From a virus (taxonomy: Duplodnaviria > Heunggongvirae > Uroviricota > Caudoviricetes), in the IMG/VR virus record IMGVR_UViG_2713897073_000004: DNA of 17,345 bases; one strand, given 5' to 3'. The notes beneath the pieces are model-generated. The model did no database searches, was not told the DNA's origin, and saw only the letters and a program-made list of their open reading frames with translations. Below, one piece after another: positions 8,209 through 15,756 of the stretch. The translations under genes were made by a program, and so were the position numbers. The first letter of the stretch is position 1; each line of letters begins with the position of its first letter.

Positions 8209-10050
8209 ATGCTTGAAATTAATGCCGCACGTATCTCGAACGTTATAACATTTACGACCGACTCCAAAAGCTTACAGAAAGCTAAGAATGAAGTAGAAAA
8301 ACTTCGTAAACAAATGGCGGCGGTGAAAGATATAGAATTGCGTGTTAAGACACATAAACAATCAACCGCTAAAGCAAAAAAAGACGTAGACGATATTGCT
8401 AAAAAGCAAGCACAGGCAGATAAAGCCAATGCTAAAGCACAATTAGCCGCTCAACGTGTAGTTGCAAGAGAACAAAAAGCCCTGGCAGCACGGAAAGAGA
8501 AGGCTGAATTAAAGCTTTTAGACGTTGGAGCAAGCATTAGCGCATTGCACCGTCTTTCTGTAGCGGAACAATATAAAGCTATTGCACAGGCTAGAGAAAT
8601 TGCCCTCCAATATGAAAGAGGCGCTATTAGTCTGGCACGTATGAATAGCCAAATGAAACGCCTACAACAGCAACAACGTAAGATTAATGGCAATCGTAAC
8701 GCTCACGCTAAAGCCTATGCACCTGTTAAGGGTAGCGGGAGTATTGGCGGCGGTGCTGCGGCTGTTATGCTGGGCGGCTTAGGCGCTGGCGCTGCATATA
8801 TGGCTATGAGCAAAGCCTCTGAATTTGTTACTAACAGCTTTGCGAATGCTGAAACGCTGGGTGAATTGTATAGCCGTGCCAAGCTGGGCGGTGTAGACGT
8901 TAACCAGATGAACAATATTGAGCAATGGGCGTATAAAAACGGCGTTGATTCAATGATGGGCGAACAAGGTAAACGTAAGTATCTCGATCAGATGAAAGAT
9001 GTGCGTGAACGTGCAACCAAATCTTATGATGAAGCTGAATATGTAGTTGATAAGAAAACTGGTAAAGGAGAATGGAAGGGCGGCGATAGCGGCATCAATA
9101 CTTTAATGAATGAAGGATTCCTAACTAAAAAGGATCTAAAAGACTTTGCTGATAATCCGGCTGGTCTGGTTAGTAAAGCAGTTCAGGGAATGGTAGCTAA
9201 AGGCTATTCAGATGCACAAATCGGTAGTCGTCTGGAAGATCTGGCTGATGATTTGATGCTCACCTCTAAATACTGGACACGCTCCGCTAAAGAAGTGGAA
9301 CAATCAGCACGAGAACAACGAGAATCAGGGCGCTGGGTAACACAGGCACAACAGGAAAGCGTTATTAAATTCCGTGAACTGAATAATGCACTTAGTGGGC
9401 TTTCTGACTCACAAGGGATCGCCTTTGTTGATGGCTTTATGAAATCTCTTGATCCGAAAGTGATTGAAGAGTTTAAAAAGAGCATGGTTGCAATGCTGCC
9501 AATGTTTACCAAATTAGGCGAGGCTGTAGGTGGTCTGCTTAATGCGATCATGAAAACTATCAACTGGCTGATGAAAAACGACGAGAAGACGGCAGCTATT
9601 CAGAAGAATTTAGGTGATGCACCGCCACTATCTAACGAAGGAATGAAGCAGAATCTTTCTAATCTCACTCCTGATCAATATAAAGGCGCTGGCACCGGAA
9701 CAATTAAGCCAGATAACAGCAATTCCCTGGTTAACACTATTAAAAGCTGGTTTATGCCAGAAGAAACGGTAGGTGGGGCACAGGCTGTAAATCAATACAG
9801 TCTCGAAGGACAAAACATTGCAAATCTGAAACAGAGTGCAGCACAACAAGCTTTCAAGGCTCCTTCTTACACCTTTGCACCTGTTATTAACTTCAATCCA
9901 GAATTACAAGTAAATGCAGAAGTGCCGCTAACTATCGAATCAGACACCGGACGATTGAGCGAATTTATCGACTTCAAATCAAAGGCATCTTCCGCTGAGT
10001 TTAGCAAGCTATTAACGCTTGGTGTTATGTCAGGCGGGTCAACCTATTAA
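8209..10050 (+). CDS. large hypothetical protein (613 aa): N-terminal K/A/Q-rich coiled coil, glycine-zipper hydrophobic segment, large C-terminal domain
   Basis: ATG 8209 with AGGGAAA upstream. Residues about 20-165 are K/A/Q/E-rich heptad-like sequence; residues about 175-201 are GSGSIGGGAAAVMLGGLGAGAAYMAMS (nt about 8731-8811), a Gly/Ala-rich membrane-type segment; the remaining roughly 400 aa are mixed. Composition recalls tape-measure or pilot/ejection proteins, but no homology is established. Confidence 0.8.
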   Translation: MLEINAARISNVITFTTDSKSLQKAKNEVEKLRKQMAAVKDIELRVKTHKQSTAKAKKDVDDIAKKQAQADKANAKAQLAAQRVVAREQKALAARKEKAELKLLDVGASISALHRLSVAEQYKAIAQAREIALQYERGAISLARMNSQMKRLQQQQRKINGNRNAHAKAYAPVKGSGSIGGGAAAVMLGGLGAGAAYMAMSKASEFVTNSFANAETLGELYSRAKLGGVDVNQMNNIEQWAYKNGVDSMMGEQGKRKYLDQMKDVRERATKSYDEAEYVVDKKTGKGEWKGGDSGINTLMNEGFLTKKDLKDFADNPAGLVSKAVQGMVAKGYSDAQIGSRLEDLADDLMLTSKYWTRSAKEVEQSAREQRESGRWVTQAQQESVIKFRELNNALSGLSDSQGIAFVDGFMKSLDPKVIEEFKKSMVAMLPMFTKLGEAVGGLLNAIMKTINWLMKNDEKTAAIQKNLGDAPPLSNEGMKQNLSNLTPDQYKGAGTGTIKPDNSNSLVNTIKSWFMPEETVGGAQAVNQYSLEGQNIANLKQSAAQQAFKAPSYTFAPVINFNPELQVNAEVPLTIESDTGRLSEFIDFKSKASSAEFSKLLTLGVMSGGSTY

Positions 10051-10097
10051 TCATCACTGTGGGGCTGTTTAGCCCCCTTAAATAAGGATTACAAATT

Positions 10098-10775
10098 ATG
10101 GCAATGGGTCCGTTAACCATTGGTCGCCCGACTGAGGCGAAAATCAACAGCACAAGCAACGATAGCAACGGTAGAACAACTAAAGGGGGTAACGGCTTTG
10201 CGATCATTACCTCTAATCTCGGCAGTGGTGCAAATGCTGCTTACAATGACTACCAGGCATTATCATTTGATAGCGTGGAATCGACGAGAGTTAGCAGAAA
10301 TGCAGACGTTACAAGCTATGCTGTCGAATCAGGATCAGAAGTTAGTGATCATGTTCAAATACGGAATAACAAGTTCACATTACAAGGGCGTATCTCTGAA
10401 ACCGTATTGAAGCTCAATCCTGATATGATTAAGAATGCTGGAATTAACGGCAATCGACGTATGCTTATGCTTGAATACCTAAATCAGTTGATGGACAGTC
10501 GCCAACCTTTCCTACTTGTCACTGAGTTAAAAAATTATGACAACGTTGTGTTAGTTGGCATGTCTTACGCAGAAGAAGCAAGCGAAAGCCTATTGTTTAC
10601 TCTTGATTTTGAGCAAATCCGTCTTGTCTCTAAAGCAACTACAAGCGCAATTGCGGTAAAAACAGCACCAAATAAATCTGTAGGAGGCCAGGTTAAAATG
10701 CAGGTAAATACAACAGAACAGAAAAATCAAAAAAGCCCAGGGCAAGACGTTGTAACGCCAGTATTTAAACAATAG
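10098..10775 (+). CDS. hypothetical protein (225 aa), S/T/N/G-rich N-terminus
   Basis: ATG 10098 with AAGGA upstream; last gene of the cargo operon; the overlapping alternate-frame track ORF 10120-10410 is rejected. Confidence 0.7.
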   Translation: MAMGPLTIGRPTEAKINSTSNDSNGRTTKGGNGFAIITSNLGSGANAAYNDYQALSFDSVESTRVSRNADVTSYAVESGSEVSDHVQIRNNKFTLQGRISETVLKLNPDMIKNAGINGNRRMLMLEYLNQLMDSRQPFLLVTELKNYDNVVLVGMSYAEEASESLLFTLDFEQIRLVSKATTSAIAVKTAPNKSVGGQVKMQVNTTEQKNQKSPGQDVVTPVFKQ

Positions 10776-10816
10776 CCTTAAACGCCTATGAAACGCTCTG
10801 TAACGAGATAATCATA

Positions 10817-10848
10817 AAAGAGGCATCAGCCTATATTGAAGCCTCTTT
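10817..10848. terminator. hairpin between convergent genes; candidate bidirectional terminator
   Basis: AAAGAGGC (10817-10824), 16-nt loop, GCCTCTTT (10841-10848), between the cargo operon end (10775) and the integrase stop (10856); A/T-rich on both flanks. The loop is large, so stability is uncertain. Confidence 0.35.
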
Positions 10849-10855
10849 ATTACGT

Positions 10856-12133
10856 CTATAGCGTTGTTTTACGCCTTAAATTTGATTTTTTATTGATTGA
10901 TAAGCCTTTCTCTATTTCAGGATAGCGTAAAAGCTCAATATATTTTTTAAGCTCTACTGGAGAAGCTGCATTTTTGCTATATGTGCGGAATGTTTCTGTA
11001 TTGCCGCGTGTATGGCCCAGGAGAAGGGCGATCCTGTCTTCTGGAATTTGATTTCGATCAAGAAGCTGTGCTACTCCGTGTCTCAGAGAATGAAACACTT
11101 TCCTTTCTGTTCCCTTTTCCCCTAAAGCCTTTCGTTTAGCTCTTGTAAATCGTTGTGTATGCCACGTAGAGCGTTTACCGTCAGCACGCTCTGTAATGCT
11201 GGCGTGATAGAACAAAAAGCCATTGTGAGGCTTTTCACGAAGAGATAACACCAATGGAGTGATAAGGCTATGCACAGGCACAAGACGTGCCGCAGCTTTC
11301 GTTTTTCCCTGTGTGATTTCAAAACACAGCACACCTTCGATCTCTTTCACATCGTCTATTGTGAGACTTGCTATCTCATTGATCCGCATCCCTGTATATA
11401 AACCGATAAGACATAAAGCCGTCATTTCTTTGTTTTCTGCTGAATTACCGGAAAATACTTGCAACACCTGCAATAGCTCTTTGTTAGAAAATGCCTCGTA
11501 GCTCTCTCTACTTTGTGCCACATCAAGCCTATGCCCTCGCCAGGGGGAGAGCGCCCTTTCTGGCGCATCGTGGTAACGTGATGAAGCTAATTCCCATAGC
11601 TGGGCCATTGGGCTGATATAATTTGCAATTGATTGTTGTGAAAGAGTTTTTTGCATGTGTTCAATCCAGCCTGTAACAGTGGTGCGGCTTACATCTTGCA
11701 ATGCAATATCAGGCTTTTTACGGTAGGAGAGAAACATCTCTACCGCTTTTCTTGCCTTAGCTAAAGTGGCTGGCTTCTTCTTCGTGCTGTTAATTGTCAG
11801 GTAGATTTCAAGAATTTTAAGCAATGACGGACACGAAGACGCTGTATCTTGCATTCTGGTAGCTGTTTTGGCGTATTTAGCCTTACTGCGTAACAGTTCC
11901 AGCGTGTTTTCTATTGTGCTGTTTACAGGGGCAACACTCTCCCGTAAGCAATGGTATTCATCTGCAATCTGATCACGCTTTCTACGTGCAACACGAAGAT
12001 TACTTGTGTGCAGACTTCTGACAAACGTCCTTTTTCCTTCAAAAAAGGGCTGCATATACACAGGCAGCGTGATCCTTAAATAGTAGTTACCGTAAGAATC
12101 ACAGATTAAGTATTGGTTAGGCTTGTATCTCAT
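10856..12133 (-). CDS. tyrosine site-specific recombinase/integrase with DUF6538-like N-terminal domain
   Basis: Catalytic signature of tyrosine recombinases: TGMRINEIASL (Arg), VFHSLRHGVAQLL (HxxR), LLGHTRGNTETFRTYS (His...Tyr). N-terminus YLICDSYGNYYLRITLP...GKRTFVRSLHTSN fits the YYFRRR-type arm domain. Start placed at the internal ATG 12133 (GGAG 5 nt upstream); the track start at 12190 has no RBS. Confidence 0.85.
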   Translation of the reverse strand: MRYKPNQYLICDSYGNYYLRITLPVYMQPFFEGKRTFVRSLHTSNLRVARRKRDQIADEYHCLRESVAPVNSTIENTLELLRSKAKYAKTATRMQDTASSCPSLLKILEIYLTINSTKKKPATLAKARKAVEMFLSYRKKPDIALQDVSRTTVTGWIEHMQKTLSQQSIANYISPMAQLWELASSRYHDAPERALSPWRGHRLDVAQSRESYEAFSNKELLQVLQVFSGNSAENKEMTALCLIGLYTGMRINEIASLTIDDVKEIEGVLCFEITQGKTKAAARLVPVHSLITPLVLSLREKPHNGFLFYHASITERADGKRSTWHTQRFTRAKRKALGEKGTERKVFHSLRHGVAQLLDRNQIPEDRIALLLGHTRGNTETFRTYSKNAASPVELKKYIELLRYPEIEKGLSINKKSNLRRKTTL

Positions 12134-12310
12134 AAAATCTCCGGCTAAAGTGTCGGAGCGTTTGTAATGTGAAAATTGATTGTGACGCATAGAAAATGAT
12201 TATTTTTCTATAAGATTCAATCAATTAGTAATGGTCGTAGTGATGGCATTAACACGAGATTAATCGAGTGTTTTACTCCTATTATCGGCACCATTCAAAC
12301 ATCTCCCCAA

Positions 12311-12396
12311 GTCTACTAAAGTCTTTCAAAACCCCTTATAATCCACGTATTAAAGCCCCGTTCGTCTTTTGACGTCTACTAAAGTCCCTCAAAATC
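12311..12396. repeat. pair of 23-bp direct repeats between the two integrase genes; candidate att core or integrase arm sites
   Basis: GTCTACTAAAGTCTTTCAAAACC (12311-12333) and GTCTACTAAAGTCCCTCAAAATC (12374-12396): 20/23 identical, first 13 nt exact, 63 bp apart. Confidence 0.6.
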
Positions 12397-12458
12397 TACG
12401 GTCAGATGGGGGTACTTATGGGGGTATTTGCTGTTCGGTTTAGTGGAGGTACCCCCAA

Positions 12459-13673
12459 GTGAAACTCAATGCCCGTCAAATAGACACAGCCAAGCCAAAA
12501 GAGAAGGCTTACAAGCTGGCCGATGGTGGCGGTTTGTATCTCTTGGTAAAACCTAATGGAGGTAAATACTGGCGACTTAAATATCGTGTAGCAGGTAAAG
12601 AGAAGCTATTGGCACTAGGTGTGTATCCTGAGGTTACTCTAGCCGATGCTCGGGCAAAACGTGAAGATGCGAAAAGAGGTATCGCTGGTGGTATCGATCC
12701 GATGGAAGCGAAACGAGAGGAAAAGATTGCCCGGGAAACGCAGTTAAACAACACCTTCAAAGATATTGCCCTTGAGTGGCACAGCAGCAAATTAAAAAAA
12801 TGGTCTGCTGGTTATGCTTCAGACATCCTCGAAGCCTTCAACAAAGATGTGTTCCCTTACATTGGCAAAAAACCAATCGCCGAAATCAAACCACTTGAAC
12901 TTCTGAATGTGCTGCGGCGCATCGAGGGGCGCGGTGCGACAGAAAAAGCCAAAAAAGTGAGGCAGCGGTGCGGGGAAGTTTTCCGCTATGCAATAGTCAC
13001 TGGTCGCGCAGAGTATAACCCTGCACCAGACCTTACTAGCGCGATGCAAGGCCATGAATCTAATCATTACCCTTTCCTTACGACCAAAGAATTACCTGAT
13101 TTTTTCAAGGCATTATCCAGTTACTCAGGAAGCGCATTGGTTGTTATGGCGGCTCGCCTACTGATTATCACCGGCTTGCGAACTGGCGAACTACGTGGCG
13201 CATTATGGGATGAAATTGATTTCAACAAGGCTATATGGGAGATACCCGCTTCACGTATGAAAATGCGGCGGCCTCATATTGTGCCATTGTCTGAGCAGGC
13301 TCTTTCGCTTATTGGGAAGATTAGAGAAATAACAGGCAATTACCCTCTTATGTTTCCCGGGCGCAATGATCCAAGGAAAACAATGAGTGAGGCCAGCATA
13401 AACCAAGTGTTTAAGCGCATTGGCTACGCTGGACGTGTAACTGGTCATGGGTTCCGACACACTATGAGCACGATTTTGCATGAGCAGGGCTATAACACCG
13501 CGTGGATAGAAACGCAGCTCGCTCACGTTGATAAGAACTCAATTCGTGGCACATACAACCATGCGCAATATCTGGATGGACGGCGGGAGATGCTTCAATG
13601 GTATGCCGACTATATGGATTCTCTCGAGCATGGCGGAAATGTGGTGCATATGGTGTTTGAAAAACACGCATGA
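12459..13673 (+). CDS. int: P4-family tyrosine integrase
   Basis: GTG start 12459 with GGAGG 9 nt upstream. N-terminal arm-binding domain typical of P4-type integrases (AKPKEKAYKLADGGGLYLLVKPNGGKYWRLKYR), catalytic Arg (ITGLRTGELR), HxxR (GHGFRHTMST), and C-terminal LAHVDKNSIRGTYNHAQYLDGRREMLQWYADYMD with the catalytic Tyr. Confidence 0.92.
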   Translation: MKLNARQIDTAKPKEKAYKLADGGGLYLLVKPNGGKYWRLKYRVAGKEKLLALGVYPEVTLADARAKREDAKRGIAGGIDPMEAKREEKIARETQLNNTFKDIALEWHSSKLKKWSAGYASDILEAFNKDVFPYIGKKPIAEIKPLELLNVLRRIEGRGATEKAKKVRQRCGEVFRYAIVTGRAEYNPAPDLTSAMQGHESNHYPFLTTKELPDFFKALSSYSGSALVVMAARLLIITGLRTGELRGALWDEIDFNKAIWEIPASRMKMRRPHIVPLSEQALSLIGKIREITGNYPLMFPGRNDPRKTMSEASINQVFKRIGYAGRVTGHGFRHTMSTILHEQGYNTAWIETQLAHVDKNSIRGTYNHAQYLDGRREMLQWYADYMDSLEHGGNVVHMVFEKHA

Positions 13674-13980
13674 AACAACTGGACAAGTATACAGAGGTTT
13701 ACTAAAGTATAGGGGAGTAGATTGATAAAAACTCACAGAGGATTGCTATTTAACAGTTAGCCTTGGAGAAGGGCAATCGCTCTTTTATAAACGAAGGTGT
13801 ATTGAGCCTTCTACGCTGCTGAAAAGCGGAATGTTCTTTAACAGGCTTTGGCGCTGACAAAGCGCAATTGTTCTTTAAAACTACTGGATGTCACGCCTAA
13901 TAGCGTGATCCTGCCGAAATGCAGGGTAGCTCTACCCTTGTGGAGCAAACAAACCAAAACAATCTGACTATCTTTTATAA

Positions 13981-14013
13981 AAGACCGCAATATGTTTTTC
14001 ATATTGTGGTCTT
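13981..14013. promoter_or_regulatory. inverted repeat upstream of alpA; candidate operator
   Basis: AAGACCGCAATATG (13981-13994), TTTTT, CATATTGTGGTCTT (14000-14013): 14-bp arms, 13/14 complementary, about 90 bp upstream of the alpA start. A second palindrome GGGTAG-CT-CTACCC lies at 13924-13937. Confidence 0.4.
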
Positions 14014-14100
14014 TGGCGTATTCGACATTTGACGCAAATAAAACTCTCGCCATTCGTTGCAGGAGGGGGTTATTGCGTCATTAGTACAGGATATTAATAA

Positions 14101-14304
14101 ATGGCTAATTACAATTCATTAATTCGTCTCTCTGAAGTTCAAAGGCGAACTGGTTATAGCAAAGCATGGATTTATCGTCTTATTAGTCAGGGGAGGTTCC
14201 CTAAACAGGTAAAAATTGGAAGTCGGGCAATTGCTTTTGTTGAGTCTGAAATAGATGAATGGATTGAGAAGTGTATATTAGAATCTAGAGACGAGGTGGC
14301 CTGA
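14101..14304 (+). CDS. alpA: AlpA/Vis-family transcriptional regulator (excisionase-like HTH)
   Basis: 67 aa; LIRLSEVQRRTGYSKAWIYRLISQGRFPKQVKIGSRAIAFVESEIDEWI is the classic AlpA signature; positioned just downstream of a P4-type int, as in P4-like islands. Confidence 0.85.
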   Translation: MANYNSLIRLSEVQRRTGYSKAWIYRLISQGRFPKQVKIGSRAIAFVESEIDEWIEKCILESRDEVA

Positions 14305-14735
14305 TGGAAAAGAAAAACCGCCCATTACAGGCGGCTAATTCAGATATTCGCGTATCTGATGTTACGCCCCTGACAAAATCCCTTCAAGCACCAAAGCGCA
14401 CGCCGAAAAAGCATCGTGCCCGAGTCTATATGCTGCGTACTGGTATAGAGGGATGGACAGAAAATGACATTCTTCGCTACTGCCGTCTGTCTTCTGGTCG
14501 TAACTATGCAACAGAGTTAGAACGCCAGCTTGGAATCACTCTGGAGCGTATCGACGAAAAGAATCCTGATGGTATCGGAACACACCTTCGCTACCGTTTC
14601 TCCTGCCGTGGTGATGTTCTGAAAGTGATCACTCATGTTAACCATCTTGCGAACATAAATGATCACAACGGACTTTCTCAGCAGGAAATTGCCGACATTC
14701 TGAAACTCTACCCGGACGCGTTTAACGCCGCCTAA
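14304..14735 (+). CDS. hypothetical protein (143 aa)
   Basis: ATG 14304 overlaps the alpA stop (TGATG), indicating coupling; basic N-terminus (PKRTPKKHRAR); no motif recognised. Confidence 0.65.
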   Translation: MEKKNRPLQAANSDIRVSDVTPLTKSLQAPKRTPKKHRARVYMLRTGIEGWTENDILRYCRLSSGRNYATELERQLGITLERIDEKNPDGIGTHLRYRFSCRGDVLKVITHVNHLANINDHNGLSQQEIADILKLYPDAFNAA

Positions 14736-14747
14736 CGGAGACTAAAA

Positions 14748-15581
14748 ATGAACATCGAAAAAAGCAGATTAATTTCTGAGGCCGCCCCTCATCTGAACGC
14801 CTCTCTGGGCACAATTAACGGTAATGAATTTGCCGCAATTGTCCCGGTTATTTCTGGTCATATAGGCGGGCGTGAAACCAATATTGTTAGCGCAAAAGCG
14901 TTACACAAAGCGTTGGGCGTGGGAAAAGACTTCTCTACATGGATCACTGATCGCATCTCTGAATATGACTTCACCATTGGGCACGATTACTCAGTCCATA
15001 AAACAATTTCCCCAAATTTGGGGAAAAGCCCGAATGACGCGGCTTACAGCAAGATTAAGCAGTCTGGCAGACCCGGCAAAGACTATCTGTTAAGTGTCGG
15101 AATGGCGAAAGAACTGGCAATGATCGAACGCAATGATCAGGGTCGCGCTATCCGCCGTTATTTCATCCAGTGCGAGAAAGAATTACAGCGTAGCGTGCCT
15201 GAAATCGCCGCCCGCTATCGTCGCCAGCTAAAAGCCCGTATCAGTGCCGCAAACAACTTCAAGCCAATGTGCGATGCGCTGAATATGGCCCGTGCCGAGA
15301 TGGGGAAAACGACGCAGCAACACCACTACACAAACGAGAGCAATATGATTTCTCGTATCGTTCTTGGTGGGCTAACTGCTAAGCAGTGGGCGCGGATAAA
15401 TGGCTATTCTGGCGAACCTCGCGACCATATGAACGCAGAACAGCTTGAGCACCTCTCATATCTCGAAAGCACCAATATCACGTTAATTGATATGGGCATG
15501 GAATATGAGCAGCGCAAAGGAGAACTCACCCGCCTGTCGCAACGCTGGCTCGCCAAGCGTCTGGAGGCGGTCCATGTTTAA
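14748..15581 (+). CDS. putative antirepressor, AntA/AntB- or KilAC-like (277 aa)
   Basis: ATG 14748 with ACGGAG upstream. Segments FSTWITDRISEYDFTIGHDY and GKDYLLSVGMAKELAMIERNDQGRAIRRYFIQCE resemble phage antirepressor domains. Family assignment is from remembered motifs, not a search. Confidence 0.6.
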   Translation: MNIEKSRLISEAAPHLNASLGTINGNEFAAIVPVISGHIGGRETNIVSAKALHKALGVGKDFSTWITDRISEYDFTIGHDYSVHKTISPNLGKSPNDAAYSKIKQSGRPGKDYLLSVGMAKELAMIERNDQGRAIRRYFIQCEKELQRSVPEIAARYRRQLKARISAANNFKPMCDALNMARAEMGKTTQQHHYTNESNMISRIVLGGLTAKQWARINGYSGEPRDHMNAEQLEHLSYLESTNITLIDMGMEYEQRKGELTRLSQRWLAKRLEAVHV

Positions 15582-15756
15582 GCCGACAGGAACACCACAA
15601 CCTCAAAAACGCTACAAAGATGCCCACGGAGCACTCGTTACTGTCGAAAGCGTGTCTCACAACCGAGTGACGTTTTATCGCGACGGGTATCAATCGCCAT
15701 GCGTACAACCGCTGGCACGTTTCATGAAGGAGTTCGCGGAGGTTAACAAATGCTAA
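15574..15756 (+). CDS. hypothetical small protein (60 aa)
   Basis: Start taken at internal ATG 15574 (MFKPTGTPQPQKRYKDAHGALVTVESV...), which overlaps the AntA-like stop by 8 nt. The track ORF 15487-15756 extends upstream inside the preceding gene and is rejected as an N-terminal extension. Confidence 0.5.
   Translation: MFKPTGTPQPQKRYKDAHGALVTVESVSHNRVTFYRDGYQSPCVQPLARFMKEFAEVNKC

Noticed and set aside
8154-10207. Minus-strand track ORFs 8154-8429, 8451-8693, 8715-8915, 9204-9563, 9628-9849 and 10025-10207
   Set aside because: All are antisense shadows within or at the edges of the 613-aa gene.
10120-10772. Alternate-frame ORF 10120-10410 (+) and minus ORF 10590-10772
   Set aside because: Overlap the 225-aa gene, which has the better RBS and full length.
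6206-10775. Cargo operon as an integrated microvirus or inovirus prophage
   Set aside because: Gene sizes and order do not fit either: no roughly 550-aa microvirus capsid, no Zot-like P-loop ATPase, no signal-peptide coat proteins; the 613-aa protein only resembles pilot/tape-measure proteins in composition.
11122-11501. Track ORFs 11122-11334 (-) and 11259-11501 (+)
   Set aside because: Inside the DUF6538-type integrase gene, in the wrong frame or strand.
12509-13736. Six track ORFs overlapping the P4-type integrase (12509-12790, 12819-13067, 13251-13526, 13462-13686, 13528-13725, 13539-13736)
   Set aside because: Shadow or alternate-frame ORFs; the integrase frame carries the conserved catalytic motifs.
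13851-13865. GCGCT-GACAA-AGCGC hairpin downstream of int as an intrinsic terminator
   Set aside because: Only a 5-bp stem, about 180 nt after the stop, with a weak U-tract; not convincing.
13838-14053. Minus-strand track ORF (71 aa) between int and alpA
   Set aside because: No RBS; spans palindromic regulatory sequence; intergenic on the strand opposite to all neighbours.
14872-15093. Alternate-frame plus ORF (73 aa)
   Set aside because: Inside the AntA-like gene in another frame.
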